In this document: piece by piece, positions 1-14,100 of the stretch
Layout: every line of letters starts with the position of its first letter
Position numbering within the stretch: position 1 is the stretch's first letter
NCBI RefSeq assembly: GCF_964355755.1
Contig: NC_092674.1
Location: 21,638,001-21,702,000 of the forward strand
Reading direction: 5' to 3'
Length of the DNA: 64,000 nucleotides
Source: Antedon mediterranea
Taxonomy: Eukaryota > Animalia > Echinodermata
Made by a program: the position numbers and the translations under genes
The notes under the pieces: generated by a model
Databases searched by the model: none
What the model saw: only the letters and a program-made list of their open reading frames with translations
Told to the model about the DNA's origin: nothing

Positions 1-269
1 GTTTAAAACTAGAGCTGCAGGTCTTCAAAAATTTGCATTTTATACTTTGGAAACATCAGGCCCAGAGGCTTAAAAAACGCAAGCGTAGACCTTTTTAAGT
101 CGGGGAAATAAGTTTATTCCTCCCAAGTGTATGCGTGCGTACTATCTGGACTTCCGAGTGGTGAGAAATTCATGACATACAGGACATTGAAAATGTAATA
201 ACTTAGCTATAATAAGATGTTGGCTAAGCGAAAATGGCATGTTTTTTTGTTTAGTAATGGATGAAAAAT

Positions 270-1097
270 TTATTTTAGGTGCCCCACGGTACAGAAGGTT
301 ACTTGTAAATTAAAAAAATGGTGAACATACGAACAATTAACATAATTCGTTTTTGCTGTAGTGTAGCGGACGTCGACGCAGTACACGACGTAACCGTCAG
401 TAAACTTCGCCTGGAAAATAACTACAGTACACATTTTGGTCCCTGGATGGAACATGATATCACGCGTCTCGACCCAATGTTGAACGATTCGTACAAAGGG
501 ATACCGCCAGACAAGTGCGTACCTAGCTATTGTTTAGTAGTAAGTTAGATCGCTGGCAATAATGAATGCATATAAAGTGCATAATATCACTCTGACGTAC
601 TCTCACGGTCAATGAAACGTCGCGGTTTTCTAGGCGCTGAAGCTAGCTACGAAGTGAACGCGAACGATTTTTACTGTATATTATATTCCCCGACAAAAAG
701 TACCCGTGTTCCCTTCGGTAACCGTCGGTAAACTTCGCCTGGAAAATAACTACATTACAAATTTTGGTCCCTGGATGGAACTTGATATCACGCGTCTCGA
801 CCCAACGTTGAACGATTCGTACAAAGGGATACCGCCAGACAAGTGCGTACCTAGCTAATGTTTAGTAGTATAGATTGCTGGCAATAAATGAATGCATAAA
901 AGTGCATAATAGACCTCTGACGTACTCACGGTCAATGGAACGTCGTGGTTTTCTAGGCGCTGAAGCATGAAGTGAACGCGAACGTTTTTTACTGTATATT
1001 ATATTCCCCGACAAAATGTACCCGTGTCCCCCGACGGAGGGGCTCCCCGACGAGGGGGCTAGAGCCCCCGTAGCCCCCCCGCTGGCGCCACCACTGA
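270..1097. mobile_element. Non-autonomous interspersed repeat (MITE-like right end) with an internal ~325-bp tandem duplication
   Basis: ~390-715 is repeated at ~718-1030. It ends in the GC-rich terminus ...CCCCCGCTGGCGCCACCACTG directly against the integrase fragment. A reverse-complement copy lies at ~44070-44460 and a more diverged one at ~45260-45510. Confidence 0.6.
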
Positions 1098-1956
1098 TTT
1101 GGACCGTTCTTGACGAGAGGGAAAGTCCAGAAACGTACTAGAGGGAAGGCTTATGGTATTTACTTGTTTAGTAACTAGAGCGTTACATTTGAAACTATCA
1201 GTGGATTACAGTACCGATTCTTTGCTGAAAGCCTTTCGAAGATTTGATTCAATTAGAGGATACCCTATAGAAGTATTTAGTGACTGTGGCACACAATTAG
1301 TTGCCGCAAAAGAGAGTTTACAGAACTTCGGATTCAAACATGGAGTTAAGTGGAAGTTTTCCACACCAGATTCACCGTGGCAAAATGGTGTCACAGAAAA
1401 GGCGTGAAAAAAGCATTATACCATGTGGTGGACGAACAGATATTGACGTTCGAAGAACTACAGACTATGTTATTAGAAGTTGCAAACGTAATAAACACCA
1501 GACCGATAGGTAGGCATCCTACCAACCCTGAAGACGGGAGTTACTGTAGCTATGTCCCACGATTTGTTGCTCGGTCGTGCTTCATTTGATGTACCTAGTG
1601 GTCCGTGGTGTAATCACAAGGGGCATGCGAAACGCCTCAAGTTTATCCAAGGTTTAACTGATAACTTTTGTAGGAAGTGGATGACAGATTATTTCCCTAC
1701 GTTGGTCATCCGTAAGAAGTGTCATACAGAGGTTCGAAATATACAAGTCGGTGACGTTACGTTGATAAAAGAGGAAGGAGATTAAAAAAGGACGATGGAA
1801 GACTTGTAGAGTGTCCAAAATATTCCTTGATGATAGAGGTCTGGTCCGAAGTGTGGAAATAAAGACAATAACTGAAACTGGAGTCGTGAGTTACATCAAG
1901 AGAGCCGGTCAAAGATTAGTATTACTAGTCCCAGCAGATTATGAATTGGAGGTTTA
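1098..1956 (+). pseudogene. BEL/Pao LTR-retrotransposon integrase C-terminal fragment, frameshifted
   Basis: FGPF..RGKVQKRTRGKAYG / VFTCLVTRALHL..DYSTD..RRF.SIRGYP..SDCGTQLV..PWQNGVTE..LTFEELQT..EVANVINTRPIG..LLLGR..W..DYFPTL..RLVLLVP, spread over three frames with stops. Confidence 0.9.
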
Positions 1957-2054
1957 ATAATATTACCGTTTGAGAATTTATAGTTTATAAAAAGTATAGT
2001 TTTAGAGATTTGATATTGAAATATGTTATGTGTTTATTGCTTTGGTGAAGGGAG

Positions 2055-2477
2055 TGTTTCGCTGAGAAAAATTGTTAGGGCGCCTTCAGTCGTATGTAGG
2101 AGGCGAGTCGATGAAAAGAGTTAGGATAATTAGTTGGAAAGAGAGCCAAGTTATATGTAATCATCATAAGATTGTTTGTTTAAGATGCCAGAGCGTATGT
2201 TCTGAGTTTGTTTTAGTTCTTACTCATTTAGTTGACTTTTGTTAAATGTTAGAGAAATGTTATGCTGTAATTAGCACATTTAAGAGAACAGGCTTCACTC
2301 ACGTGAGCCTTTTATATAATGGCAGCGTGTGCTGTCGTGATATGGTAGGCCTACTATGATTAGGAGACGGATCATACATTCGATGATTCTAGTAATTATA
2401 CTAAGTTTAGCATGATTACGAGATAATGGTGTTTAATAGTATTGTTACTTAGTAGATTGTTAACCTAATTGAAGACA
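2055..2477 (+). mobile_element. Putative 3' LTR of the BEL/Pao element
   Basis: The purine tract GAAGGGAG directly precedes TGTTTC at 2055, about 100 bp after the integrase stop. The candidate end is ...GAAGACA at 2477 (TG...CA); this right boundary is uncertain. Confidence 0.55.
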
Positions 2478-3034
2478 TATGTAAAAGATATATACAAAAA
2501 TTATGACATTTAATGAATAAAGGTGATGGTTAACCACGAAAAAAACCAAAAAACAGCCTTCCACATGGATATCTACAGGGGTGGATTCAGAGGTTTTTAA
2601 ACCAAGCCAGATAACTGCTCTTTTCTACAGCCATTTTTTAAATTTGTCCTTGGAACGTGATGCATAAACCAATCAAATAACAATGATACTGTATTGTTGT
2701 TATTATCCGGTCGAACATCTTCTACCAAAGAGTGTTCATCTGTTACAAAGGAGTGTACCAAAACAGTATTATTATTATCACTCAGGTGTATAGTTTATAA
2801 TAACAAACGAACTAGCACAATACAATGTTTGTTTTTGTTAATCTGAAAAGAAACTGCTGTCGATAATTCATTTCATATTAACGCCCTGTATCGTTAAGGC
2901 TATTCGATAATCGGCTTAATAACGAGTGTTAATTTGTAGAGCTGTAATGTAATAATAATATTATACAAATTATGCCAAAGCATTCTGTATTTTTAAAGTA
3001 AAGATCATAAATTAATTAAGTCAATTTCAGTATA

Positions 3035-4113
3035 TCATCGGTGACAATGAGTCTGAACTTGTGAAACTACTTAAAGTAGCAAGTGATTATTCACAAACAT
3101 GGGAATTAGAGTTTAATTTTGACAAATCAAATGTGCTGGTCACAGGGCAAAGAGTTAATCCACATAGAACATGGAGTCTTGGTAATCATTATATCACAGA
3201 AATAGAAAGGTATAAATATCTTGGTGTAATAATATCACGTTCATATACAGATTCAGACACTATCAATGAAGTAATCAAAAAGGGAAATAGGATAATAGCC
3301 TATATTACCTCTATTATAAACAATCAGAATTATTTCAATAGGGTATACTATGGTGATCTTTTATGGAGAACAATAGGATTACCAACAATTAATTACGCCT
3401 CTGCAATATGGTTATGTAACTCTAAAGGTTCACTAAATAAGTTAGAAAATTTACAATACCAAATGGCTAGAAATATTTTGAAGGCACCAAGAAACGTCGC
3501 GAAAGCGGCATTGATTGGTGACCTAGGATGGGAGACACTCTAAACCATCCAAAATAAAGTTAGGATGTCCTACTTTAACAGAATTAAAAATATGGACGAC
3601 CAAAGGTGGCAAAAACTACTATGTAGATCTATAATGGATGTAGAAGATAAGGTGAAATGGAAGTGGATTAACCATATCAAAGATTTATTATGTAAATTTG
3701 ATTTAGGAAATAAGTTTAATTTAAACCCGGAAAGCCAATGGTTTAAGAGTTTTACACATGCCAACTCTCTAGAAAATATCAAGGAATGGTTAGAAGGTGC
3801 AAAAACAAAGTCAACCCTCTCCGAATATTTGAAATATAAACATGAACCTAAAGCAGAGACATACATGTTTGATAAGGTGAATTTTGATTCCATTAGTTTA
3901 AAGTTTAAAGCGAGGTCTAACTCTCTTGATTTAGAAGGTAGAAAAAATAAATGGTCAGAAAATGAGACTGGTTTTTGCAAGCTATGCAACAATCAATTAA
4001 TTGCAACTACAAACCATTTTCTACTTGAATGTTCAAATCTTAAAAATGTAAGAGATACACATTTTAACTTACTAAAATGGATTTATTGTATTGTGGTTAT
4101 GATACATTCATGA
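3035..4113 (+). pseudogene. Non-LTR retrotransposon ORF2 3' fragment (RT thumb and C-terminal Cys/His region, RTE-X-like)
   Basis: WELEFNFDKSNVL..YKYLGV, then LKFKARSNSL..CKLC..HFLLEC. There is an in-frame stop at 3541-3543. The fragment is truncated at the duplication boundary near 4113. Confidence 0.8.
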
Positions 4114-7090
4114 AAAGCATACTTTAAGCGCAAAGAGCCAGACTTATTTCCACAACGGAGTGTATCATCTCAGTTTCCCATGGTTATTTTACGCCGAAAA
4201 TACCGTGTATTAAAAAACCAACTAGATGGTATCTAGTATTTTAAATTAAGGAATAAAACTAAATGTAAGTTTCTGTCAATTTACAGTAATTGAACAACTT
4301 ACTGTTAAAAATAACATTAAAATGAACGTATTTTGCTGTTTATTTAACTAGGCCCCTATTTAATTTATACATATTAGGCCCTATTAGTAATATACTCTAT
4401 TTAATTATATGTAATTAATTTTTACTGTAATATAATGTATATCGAAGTTTTATTATTACAAAGCACCAATGTACAGCAATTGTCCACCTTACTGTAAATT
4501 ATGGCATCGGTACCGTATTGAAAACTAAATATTAGTAAGTTGAAAAAAAAAACTTAAAAAGCTTAAAAGCTGAATTGGATTTTAAATATTTTTTACATAA
4601 GCAAATTGGCATTGTTTCCTAATTTTATTTGTTCTAAGCGTAAATGCATTTGAAATAATACTTACCCAGATACCCAACTTGATTTTGTTAACTTACTTCT
4701 CCAAGCGACCACTAAAGACTAATTGGCCTTTTTTGGATTACAACATTTTATAGAAAGAGGCAGTACATGTACATGTAGTTTGTTAGCGTTCCTGCATAAT
4801 ACACAATAATTGTTATGTAAATTTTGTAGTCGCTCGATTCGTTATTGTTGTGAATTAATGTACTGTACAGTCTATTCTTTTCTAACAAAATATAAACTGG
4901 CAAACATAATAATCACCAGAATATTTTATATACTATCTTTTAAATTGGTTCTTCAATAACAAAATGTACTATTAAGCCTGTGTGTTTAGTCAAATTAAAT
5001 GCGTTACCCGTTCTTTTTGCGTTGCATACAATGAGAGATACACCCAACACTGAACAAAATAAATTAATAATATTTACAGATGTATTTTGCCGATTGCATG
5101 GAATGTATTAAAAATATCCACTAAATATCTACAGAAAAGGTATAGCTATATGCTGGTAAGAGGTTGTTTCATTATACGTACTGTAATGTTAGATCTGCAT
5201 AACAAAGCATATTAATATTGATTGATCGTCCTTTAAACTCATAGTACATCTAGCAATTTCCTCTGAAATGGTTTTAATACAAACATTATTACTAAATAGT
5301 CTAATAATAGTGCTCGATATTGGTAAAGTTAGAATCCAATAGAAATAAAATAAAGCTTAGTTAAGCTATGGCAAAGTAGAGTCATCAAGCAAAATGTAAG
5401 CTTATTGTATATTATTAAGCCTATTATAAAAAAAAAATGAATAAATTTATCATAGGAAAGGTAGCCTACTGTAGCTAGAAAAATAAATCAGCTGTCCTGC
5501 CTATTTTAGTATTTAGCCCCATATAATGGCTAGGCATTGGTTAATAATAAATAGGTCCTATTAGTCTAAAGCAATACCTATTAATACAATGTTGACATAG
5601 ACCTATGCGTCAGAAAACAATTATTCTAGGCCTACTAAGCCAGGATAGCGAATACTAAAATGACATTAGAGGTAGCCGTGTGCGATCGTCCTTGGCCGCC
5701 GATAACAGCGACATTGTGCCTATCAATTTGAGCCATTATCTGACCTAGCTTATGCATCAAAACCATTAAAATTTCTCAATTTACATGACATATTAAAAAC
5801 TCAAACTTTACCAAGCAATACATTATAAATAAAAACAAAAAGTTAGAAAAATATATCGATTTCCACAATTCCACAAACAAACTCGGAATTACTGCAAGTA
5901 TAATTTTACCACCAGCGAGAGAAAGAGAAGACTAAAAAGTGCTTATAGAGTAAACTTTTAAATGCTATTTTTCGTAATTGACGATTATAAACTGAAAGTA
6001 AACTTACGATATATTATTAGCAAAATATTCAACAGCAGTAACGTAGTAAAATAAAGCAAGATGAACAACTCTAAATTATGTAAACCCGATATTTATTGAG
6101 ACGTATGCCTACAAAAAAGCGGTGTAAAATCAATGCGTTAGAAAATGACAAGATGGCCGACCAAACTATATTTCGCCACAGCTCATCGGTTTTTATTGAT
6201 TGATATTGATCTGCAGTCAGACTTGGTCTATGTAAGACACAAAACAAAACATAAATATAGATGATAATGGTATGAATAAATATTTATTCTGACAAGTGCC
6301 TGGAGGATCATAACGGCAAAAATAGAAAATAAAATTATTGCCCTGAGGGATAAATGATTAAGTAGAAAATACAGGTATGCTCAAAAGCCAGTGGGTGCCA
6401 TCTGAAATGGCAACCCAGCAAGTGAGGCGTCACGTGACATTGGGACATTACAGAACAATAAATGTGCCTACAAGTGTAGAGCGCGTAATGACACTGGTGA
6501 TCTAGCCTATTTGTTACTTAAAGCGTGGTTCCCACTAGCGACGCAACGCAAGGACGTAACGCAACGCAAGTGAATTGACCAATCACAAGCGATGGTTTAC
6601 GCTCTAGCGAACACAGGATATTCGTCGTCCTCTCTTATAACCGTCGTATTTCGTAAAGTCCCTATTAAGTAATAATAATAACACTAACACTAATAACTAT
6701 AATTATAATTTGGTAATTATTTTAGGTAATAACCTAACAAAATAAATTTGTAGAGTATTATTACAAATATTATAAATCTTAATTGTGTTACACTCAAATT
6801 TTAAAAATGAGGGCTGAGTAAAGGGGACCTGTGGTCCTACTCTAACTTATACTGGACGACTAAGGAGGTACCCTAGTATAATCCCACCAAGTGACTCTTA
6901 AGAACAGTTCGCCATTTCCTCACAAATACAGTATCAAATTTCACTATATTTTAAAAATGTTGGATTCGCTCTAACATATTTGATTCAAGTTGGGTAAGAC
7001 CAGAATGCCACACAGGAGCAGCGTATTCAGTTAAAGGTCTGACATACCCAGTGTAAATAGTTAATAAGTCAACAATTTTGATTCGCTTAA

Positions 7091-9945
7091 AATGGATATG
7101 AAAGGGTTCCTAGCAATATCATTTTATTGGCTCAACGTGTAGATCAATCAGTTTTAAGCTTGCCATAGTCATACTTAATGTTTTGGAGGACGACAACGCC
7201 CTCAAAACGCCCCTGAGAAACCTGTGAAAAACTTTTTGTGACGTCACTAAAAGTTATTTTTGTATTACAGAGATAGGAATTTAGCAGTAAATCATTGATT
7301 GATGCAAAAGCATGGTAGTAATTACTTATTGCTTTGATATTTTTATTCTTGGATAAGTATGTTAGCCTAATCGAATAAAATTAATTCATATTATCAACCA
7401 AGTTTTTTATAAAACGGATTTTAATTTCGTTTTTCAAGGCCATCTTTTACGAAATTCATAGCCAAATGCCTATCTTGCTGGGTACACGGAGTTATTTTGC
7501 GCATGCGTGAGAATCACAGAGTCGACCACCTTGGCCTCTCTCTCGACCCTCCTCGCGAGCGATGTTTATTTCGCTATTTATTATACACGTATTATTGAAA
7601 CATTCATTTTATTATTATTTCGTTGTAATTAACTGAAATTGATGGAAATTCGTCCACATCGTCTTGTTAACACGGGTGTTAACATCGTTTTGAAGAAACG
7701 GTTGGACGAGTAAATTGTGTTTGACAATGCCATGGCCTGGAGCTAGCTAGGCCTAGGCCTTTTTAGTAGTGATGACTGCTGGATACGGTGTTTAGTCGCC
7801 CGGCCAGAGGTGAGCTGAGAGCGTATGCTCTTTGATGTATCGTTGAGGGTGTTAATGGTAGGCACAATTGTGTTACTGTATTATGTATATACACACATTA
7901 TTTATAAGTACGTTTATTAATATTGTTGTGTGCTGTAGTGTCCTGACTAACGTATTATTAAAATATTTTTTTGTTATTACATGCCGCCCTACTAGCTAGT
8001 AGGCTAGGCAACACTGAATACTAAATATTATGATTCCCAATAAAATGAATAGAGTTGGATTTTCTCTAATGTAGTAATAAAGGTTATAACAGGCCAGGCC
8101 TAGTTAGGGGTATTTCAGCTTGTATCATATACAGTACAATATACAGTACAATATACAGTACAGTATACAGTAAATAAACAATTCATTTGTATTTTTACCT
8201 ACCTACAGGTCTATAATTGGAGTGCAATTATGATAATTGATGGACGGGATAAGCAAATGTATTTATTGATTGGAATGGAAGCGCAAATGTTAGAGTAAAA
8301 TTATAATATTAAGGTAACAGATACTGAGCATTGCTATTTTAAACTGTTGATCAAACCTACATAATACATTATACTAAATTATTATTTTGTTTTGAGGGCA
8401 GATAAACATGTGCTTATTCATTTTCTTTTTTTCAGGTGAATAGAAAGATACCCAGAGTACTTTATAATAGATGCTACTTGGATCATGCTTGCACGATACA
8501 TTTATGCAGTATACTAAGACACCAAGTATAGAATGAGCGCAGACAATTAAAATTACAGAACTAAATATTTATGAAGAATAGTAAAATATGCATAATAGAA
8601 TTCTTTAGACGCGAGTGCTAGGGTTACAGTCATACTGTAACTATGGTAATGTACTACCAGACAGTACACTAGTAGCAGTGCATCATATAGTGTTTGTTTT
8701 TAACCATCTAAATGGGTCTGGGTATATAAACAAATAAACCACTACTGTACTTCTTTTTTTACAATGGACATTTATGAAAGAATCCATCTCTTGAATATGA
8801 TGGAGCTGGCTGGTGTTGATAGAATTAAAATGTATCACTCAGGTCTCAAAAGTAATTTATGTCCTGTTTGAAAAATCCTGCTTGTTCCAAACTCATTATG
8901 ATACATTTGTTCAATAAAATTCATTCCACACACTATTTCTGCCATATAATTTGATGTTTACAATTTTATTACTAGTACTATTACAGTTCTTCAAAGCCAT
9001 CTCATGTACTGTTGATTCCATAAATCTGCAAAGATAAGACCAATAAATGGATGGAAATGTACTATTATTTTTATTCAATCCTACCTCTAGGCCCTATAGT
9101 ATTATATTTTATGACTTGGTAACAAACAGAAAGAGGTTATTATTTAATTACACTACAGTTACAAACTAAACTATAATAATCCTCTCGGCCTCACCTCCTC
9201 TGCTCTACTTTAATTATTAGTATTATTATATTACTATATTAGTCAATAACAAAAGTCAGAGCCAAAAACAAGTTCAACACAAGCTTACCTTTTTTATTTA
9301 CGTCGCCTTTTACATACGTCTACGCCCGCGCCTTGTCCACTTCCTGGAGGTTCGTCGGTGGACCGGCGACTGCTACTCTCTTGTACTGTAGGCCATGGAG
9401 TAACTCCATGTGTAGGCCTAGCCTACTACTAGCGAATTTAGAAGAAACTATAGTCTACTAGACTAGCCTAATTTGTAGTCTGCGTGAGTGGTTTAGTGTG
9501 AGAAGTAAAAATACACACTTTCTTCTTTTCACGTACAATCTTTGCAGACATAACTTTTTATTGATTTGTGAAATTTCGATATTTTTTACGACTGCAGCAA
9601 CAGGGAGCTTGCAACACGCGAGTCTCGTGTAGCATGGGTTTGTTTATTTTGTTTACGCCACACAGTCCGCGAACGAGACAAGGCGGCTGCTGCCGTGGCT
9701 ACAACCCCGGGTGTTTCAAACTCTAAATTTGACGATCTCGTACGTGCGTATAGAACGTTCATAACAATTAAGTGGCGTGCCAGTTGGTCGGCCATTTTGC
9801 GGACGTTTTATACCAAAATTTAATTTGTTTATTTCTCAATTTCTACTAGGTATTTGAATCTAATTTTTTGTGTGCTCTTTATTAACATTAAAAGGATTCA
9901 TACAAAGTCCTTTTTGTGAAATTTTAAAATCCTTTCATATCCATT
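7091..9945. mobile_element. TTAA-targeting non-autonomous DNA transposon (Kolobok-like), copy 1
   Basis: 15-bp TIRs AATGGATATGAAAGG / CCTTTCATATCCATT, flanked by TTAA at 7087-7090 and 9946-9949. The empty paralogous site GCTTAAGTACTTTC is at ~16410. Confidence 0.85.
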
Positions 9946-9949
9946 TTAA

Positions 9950-10758
9950 GTACTTTCAACATATATAATCTACCATTAGCTTTGCTAAGCACTTTAGTGA
10001 TATGAGAGCTCCGTTTAAGATCAGAACTAATGTTAACGCCTAAGATTGTAGTATTATTTACAATGTTCAACGGCTGTCCATCAATGTTAACAACATGATT
10101 AACATTTTCTCTAGAGAAATTTACACTCATAACTCTATACATTTGTTAGGATTAAGTTTCATATTATTAACTGTCGCCCATTGCGATAGTTCGTTTAAGT
10201 GATTTTGCATAAAGCTAGGTTGTTTCCTAAGACGGGGTTCGAGAATGGTAATATCATCAACATACTTAAATACGTCAATCGTCTTATCGTAAAAAAACAT
10301 CATGGCAAGGAAGCAGAGGGGTCATAAGCTGGTACCTTGAGGGACACCTTCATGAATGTATTTCCATTCACTAATGGTGTCTAGATATCTAACGCATTGT
10401 GTTCTATCACTTAGAAAACTCATAATCCATGTAATTACAGATGGACGGACTTGAAATTTAATCAACTTACAGATTAATACATTGTGGTCAACATAGTCAA
10501 AAGCTTTTTTAAAATCAGTAACCACTACAGTACTTTCACTTTGTTTCTTATCAGCATTTCTAAAGAGAACATCCATAAGCTTAACAAGATAATGATTAGT
10601 AGATATCCCTTTACGATTACCATACTGGTTGTGGTCAAAGTTGGGATTCATGTCATTTAACAACAACTTAGACATGAAACTTTCTGAAATTTTTGCAAAG
10701 TGGTCAGTGAGGGAAATTGGTCTAAGTTTATCCCAAGTCGCACGATTAGTTTTCGGAA
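9950..10758 (-). pseudogene. Non-LTR RT fragment (duplicate of part of the LINE at 16412-20210)
   Basis: LRPISLT..QYGNRKGISTNHYL..DFKKAFDYVDH..GVPQGT..YVDD, with frameshifts. Confidence 0.85.
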
Positions 10759-11122
10759 ATATAAAAATGTGTTTATTATATTCAATATCTCTGGTGCGCG
10801 TGGGTACAATTGAGGGACTAATGTTGTTCTGTGTACTACGCGGGAGTGCATCTGCATATTAAGTAGAAGGTTCCGGGTTCGAATCTCATTCTCACAGATT
10901 TCATCATCTTTATCTTTTAAATTTAGTAAGCCTGTTAATAATATTTTCTTCTTTTAAAAATCTATAAACATTTATCGACATATGGGCTTCGTTTTTAAAA
11001 GAAGCCCATCTTGTCTACAAAAGAAATCTCGAAAAGAAGTCCGTCTCGAAATCAAGCCCCTGGGCTTCTGTTCAAGAAATGTTCAATGTTTACGTAGATG
11101 ATCACGTCGAATAACGTCCTGG

Positions 11123-14100
11123 AAAGCATACTTTAAGCGCAAAGAGCCATACTTATTTCCACAACGGAGTGTATCATCTCAGTTTCCCATGGTTATTTTA
11201 CGCCGAAAATACCATGTATTAAAAAACCAACTAGATGGTATCTAGTATTGTAAATTAAGGAATAAAACTAAATGTAAGTTTCTGTCAATTTACAGTAATT
11301 GAACAACTTACTGTTAAAAATAACATTAAAATGAACGTATTTTGCTGTTTATTTTAACTAGGCCCCTATTTAATTTATACATATTATTAGTAATATACTG
11401 TATTTAATGATATGTAATTAATTTTTACTGTAATATATTGTATATCGAAGTTTTATTATTATAAAGCACCAATGTACAGCAATTGTCCACCTTACTGTAA
11501 ATTATGGCATCGGTAACGTATTGAAAACTAAATATTAGTAAGTTGAAAAAAAAAAACTTAAAAAGCTTAAACGCTGAATTGGATTTTAAATATTTTTTAC
11601 ATAAGCAAATTGGCATTGCTCCCTAATTTTATTTGTTCTAAGCGTAAATGCATTTGAAATAATACTTACCCAGATACCCAACTTGATTTTGTTAACTTAC
11701 TTCTCCAAGCGACCACTAAAGACTAATTGGCCTTTTTTGGATTACAACATTGTAAAGAAAGAGACAGTACATGTACATGTAGTTTGTTAGCGTTCCTGCA
11801 TAATACACAATAATTGTTATGTAAATTTTGTAGTCGCTCGATTCGTTTTTGTTGTGAATTAATGTACTGTACAGTCTATTCTTTTCTAACAAAATATAAA
11901 CTGGCAAACATAATAATCACCAGAATAGTTTATATACTATCTTTTAAATTGGTTCTTCAATAACAACATGTACTATTAAGCCTGTGTGTTTAGTGAAATT
12001 AATTGCGTTGCCCGTTCTTTTTGCGTTGCATACAATGAGAGATACACCCAACACTGAACAAAATAAATTAATAATATTTACAGATGTATTTTGCCGATTG
12101 CATGGAATGTATTAAAAATATCCACTAAATATCTACAGAAAAGGTATAACTATATGCTGTTAAAATGGATATGGATAGCAATATCATTTTATTGGCTCAA
12201 CGTGTAGATCAATCGGTTTTAAGCTCACCATAGTCATACTTAATGTTTTGGAGGACGACAACTCCCTCAAAACGCCCCTGGGAAACCTATGAAAAACTTT
12301 TTGTGACGTCACTAAAAGTTATTTTTGTATTACAGAGATAGGAATTTAGGAGTAAATCATTGATTGATGCAAAAGCATGGTAGTAATTACTTATCGCTTT
12401 GATATTTTTATTCTTGGATAAGTATGTTAGCTTAATCGAATAAAATTAATTCATATTATCAACCATGTTTTTTTTTAAACGGATTTTAATTTCGTTTTTC
12501 AAGGCCACCTTTCACGAAATTCATAGCCAAATGCCTATCTTGCTGGGTACACGGAGTTATTTTGCGCATGCGTGAGAATCACAGAGTCAATCACCTTGGC
12601 CTCTCTCTCGACCCTCCTCTGGCGAGCGATGTTTATTTCGCTATTTATATACACGTATTATTGAAACATCATTTTATTATTATTTCGTTGTAATTAACTG
12701 AAATTGATGGAAATTCGTCCACATCGTGTGTTAACATCGTTTTGAAGAAACCGTTGGACGAGTAAATGGTGTTTGACAATGCCATGGCCTGGAGCTAGCT
12801 AGGCCTAGGCTAGGCCTTTTTAGTAGTGATGACTGCTAGATACGGTGTTTAGTCGCCCGGCCAGAGGTGAGCTGAGAGCGTATGCTCCTTGATGTATCGT
12901 TGAGGGTGTTAACGGTAGGCACAATTGTGTTACTGTATTATGTATATACACATTATTTATAAGTACGTTTATTAATATTGTTGTGTGCTGTAGTGTCCGT
13001 TTCTGACTAACGCATTATTAAAATATGTTTTTGTTATTAATTACATACCACCCTAGCTAGAGCCTAGGCTAGGCAACACTGAATACTAAATATTAGGATT
13101 CCCAATTAAAATGAATAGAGGTGGATTTTCTCTAATGTAGTAATAAAGGGTATAACAGGCCAGGCCTAGTTAGGGGTATTTGAGCTTGTATCATATATTA
13201 TTAATACAGTATAAATAAACAATTCATTTGTATTTTTACCTACCTACAGGTCTATAATTGGAGTGGAACTATGATAATTGATGGACGGGATAAGCAAATG
13301 TATTTATTGATTGGAATGGAAGCGCAAATGTTAGAGTCAAATTATAATATTAAGGTAACAGATACTGAGCATTGCTATTTTAAACTGTTGATCAAACCTA
13401 TATAATACATTATACTAAATTATTATTTTGTTTTGTTTTGAGGGCAGATAAACATGTGCGTATTCATTTTCCTTTTTTCAGGTGAATAGAAAGATGCCCA
13501 GCGTACTTTATAATAGATGCTACTTGGATCAAGCTTGCACGATACATATGCAGTATACTAAGACACCAAGTATAGAATGAGCGCAGACAATTAAAATTAC
13601 AGAACTAAATATTTATGAAGAATAGTAAAATATGCATAATAGAATGCTTTAGACGTGAATGCTATGGTTACAGTCATACTGTAACTATGGTAATGTACTA
13701 CCAGACAGTACACTAGTAGCAGTGCATCATATAGTTTAACTAAATGGGTCTGGGTATATAAACAAATAAACCACTACTGTACTTCTTTTTTTATTTATTT
13801 AGCCAAATACTATGTACAATGGACATTTATGAAAGAATCTCTTGAATAAGATGGAGCTGGCTGGTGTTGATAGAATTAAAATGTATCACTCAGGTCTCAA
13901 AAGTAATTTATGTCCCGTTTGAAAAATCCTGCTTGTTCCAAACTCATTATGATACATTTGTTCAATAAAATTCATTCCACACACTATTTCTGCCATATAA
14001 TTTGTTGATGTTTACAATTTTATTACTAGTACTACAGGTATTACAGTTCTTCAAGCCATCTCATGTACTGTTGATTCCATAAATCTGCAAAGATAAGACC

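Larger units (their letters stand above)
4114..10758 (+). repeat. Local segmental duplication, copy A (paralog at 11123-17234)
   Basis: Colinear, highly similar blocks: 4114-5157/11123-12160, 5158-6231/15061-16107, ~6897-7090/~16216-16415 and 9946-10758/16412-17234. Confidence 0.9.

Noticed and set aside
318-548. Short ORFs mirrored at 44057-44469 and 53887/56576, which look like conserved small proteins
   Set aside because: The similarity comes from repeat copies, and the frames are not preserved between copies.
6519-6600. Harbinger-like MITE left end TAA-AGCGTGGTTCCCACTAG
   Set aside because: No matching right end was found, so no element can be delimited.
10860-10900. B-box-like GGTTCGAATCT
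   Set aside because: There is no convincing A box or cloverleaf; at most a SINE-like remnant.
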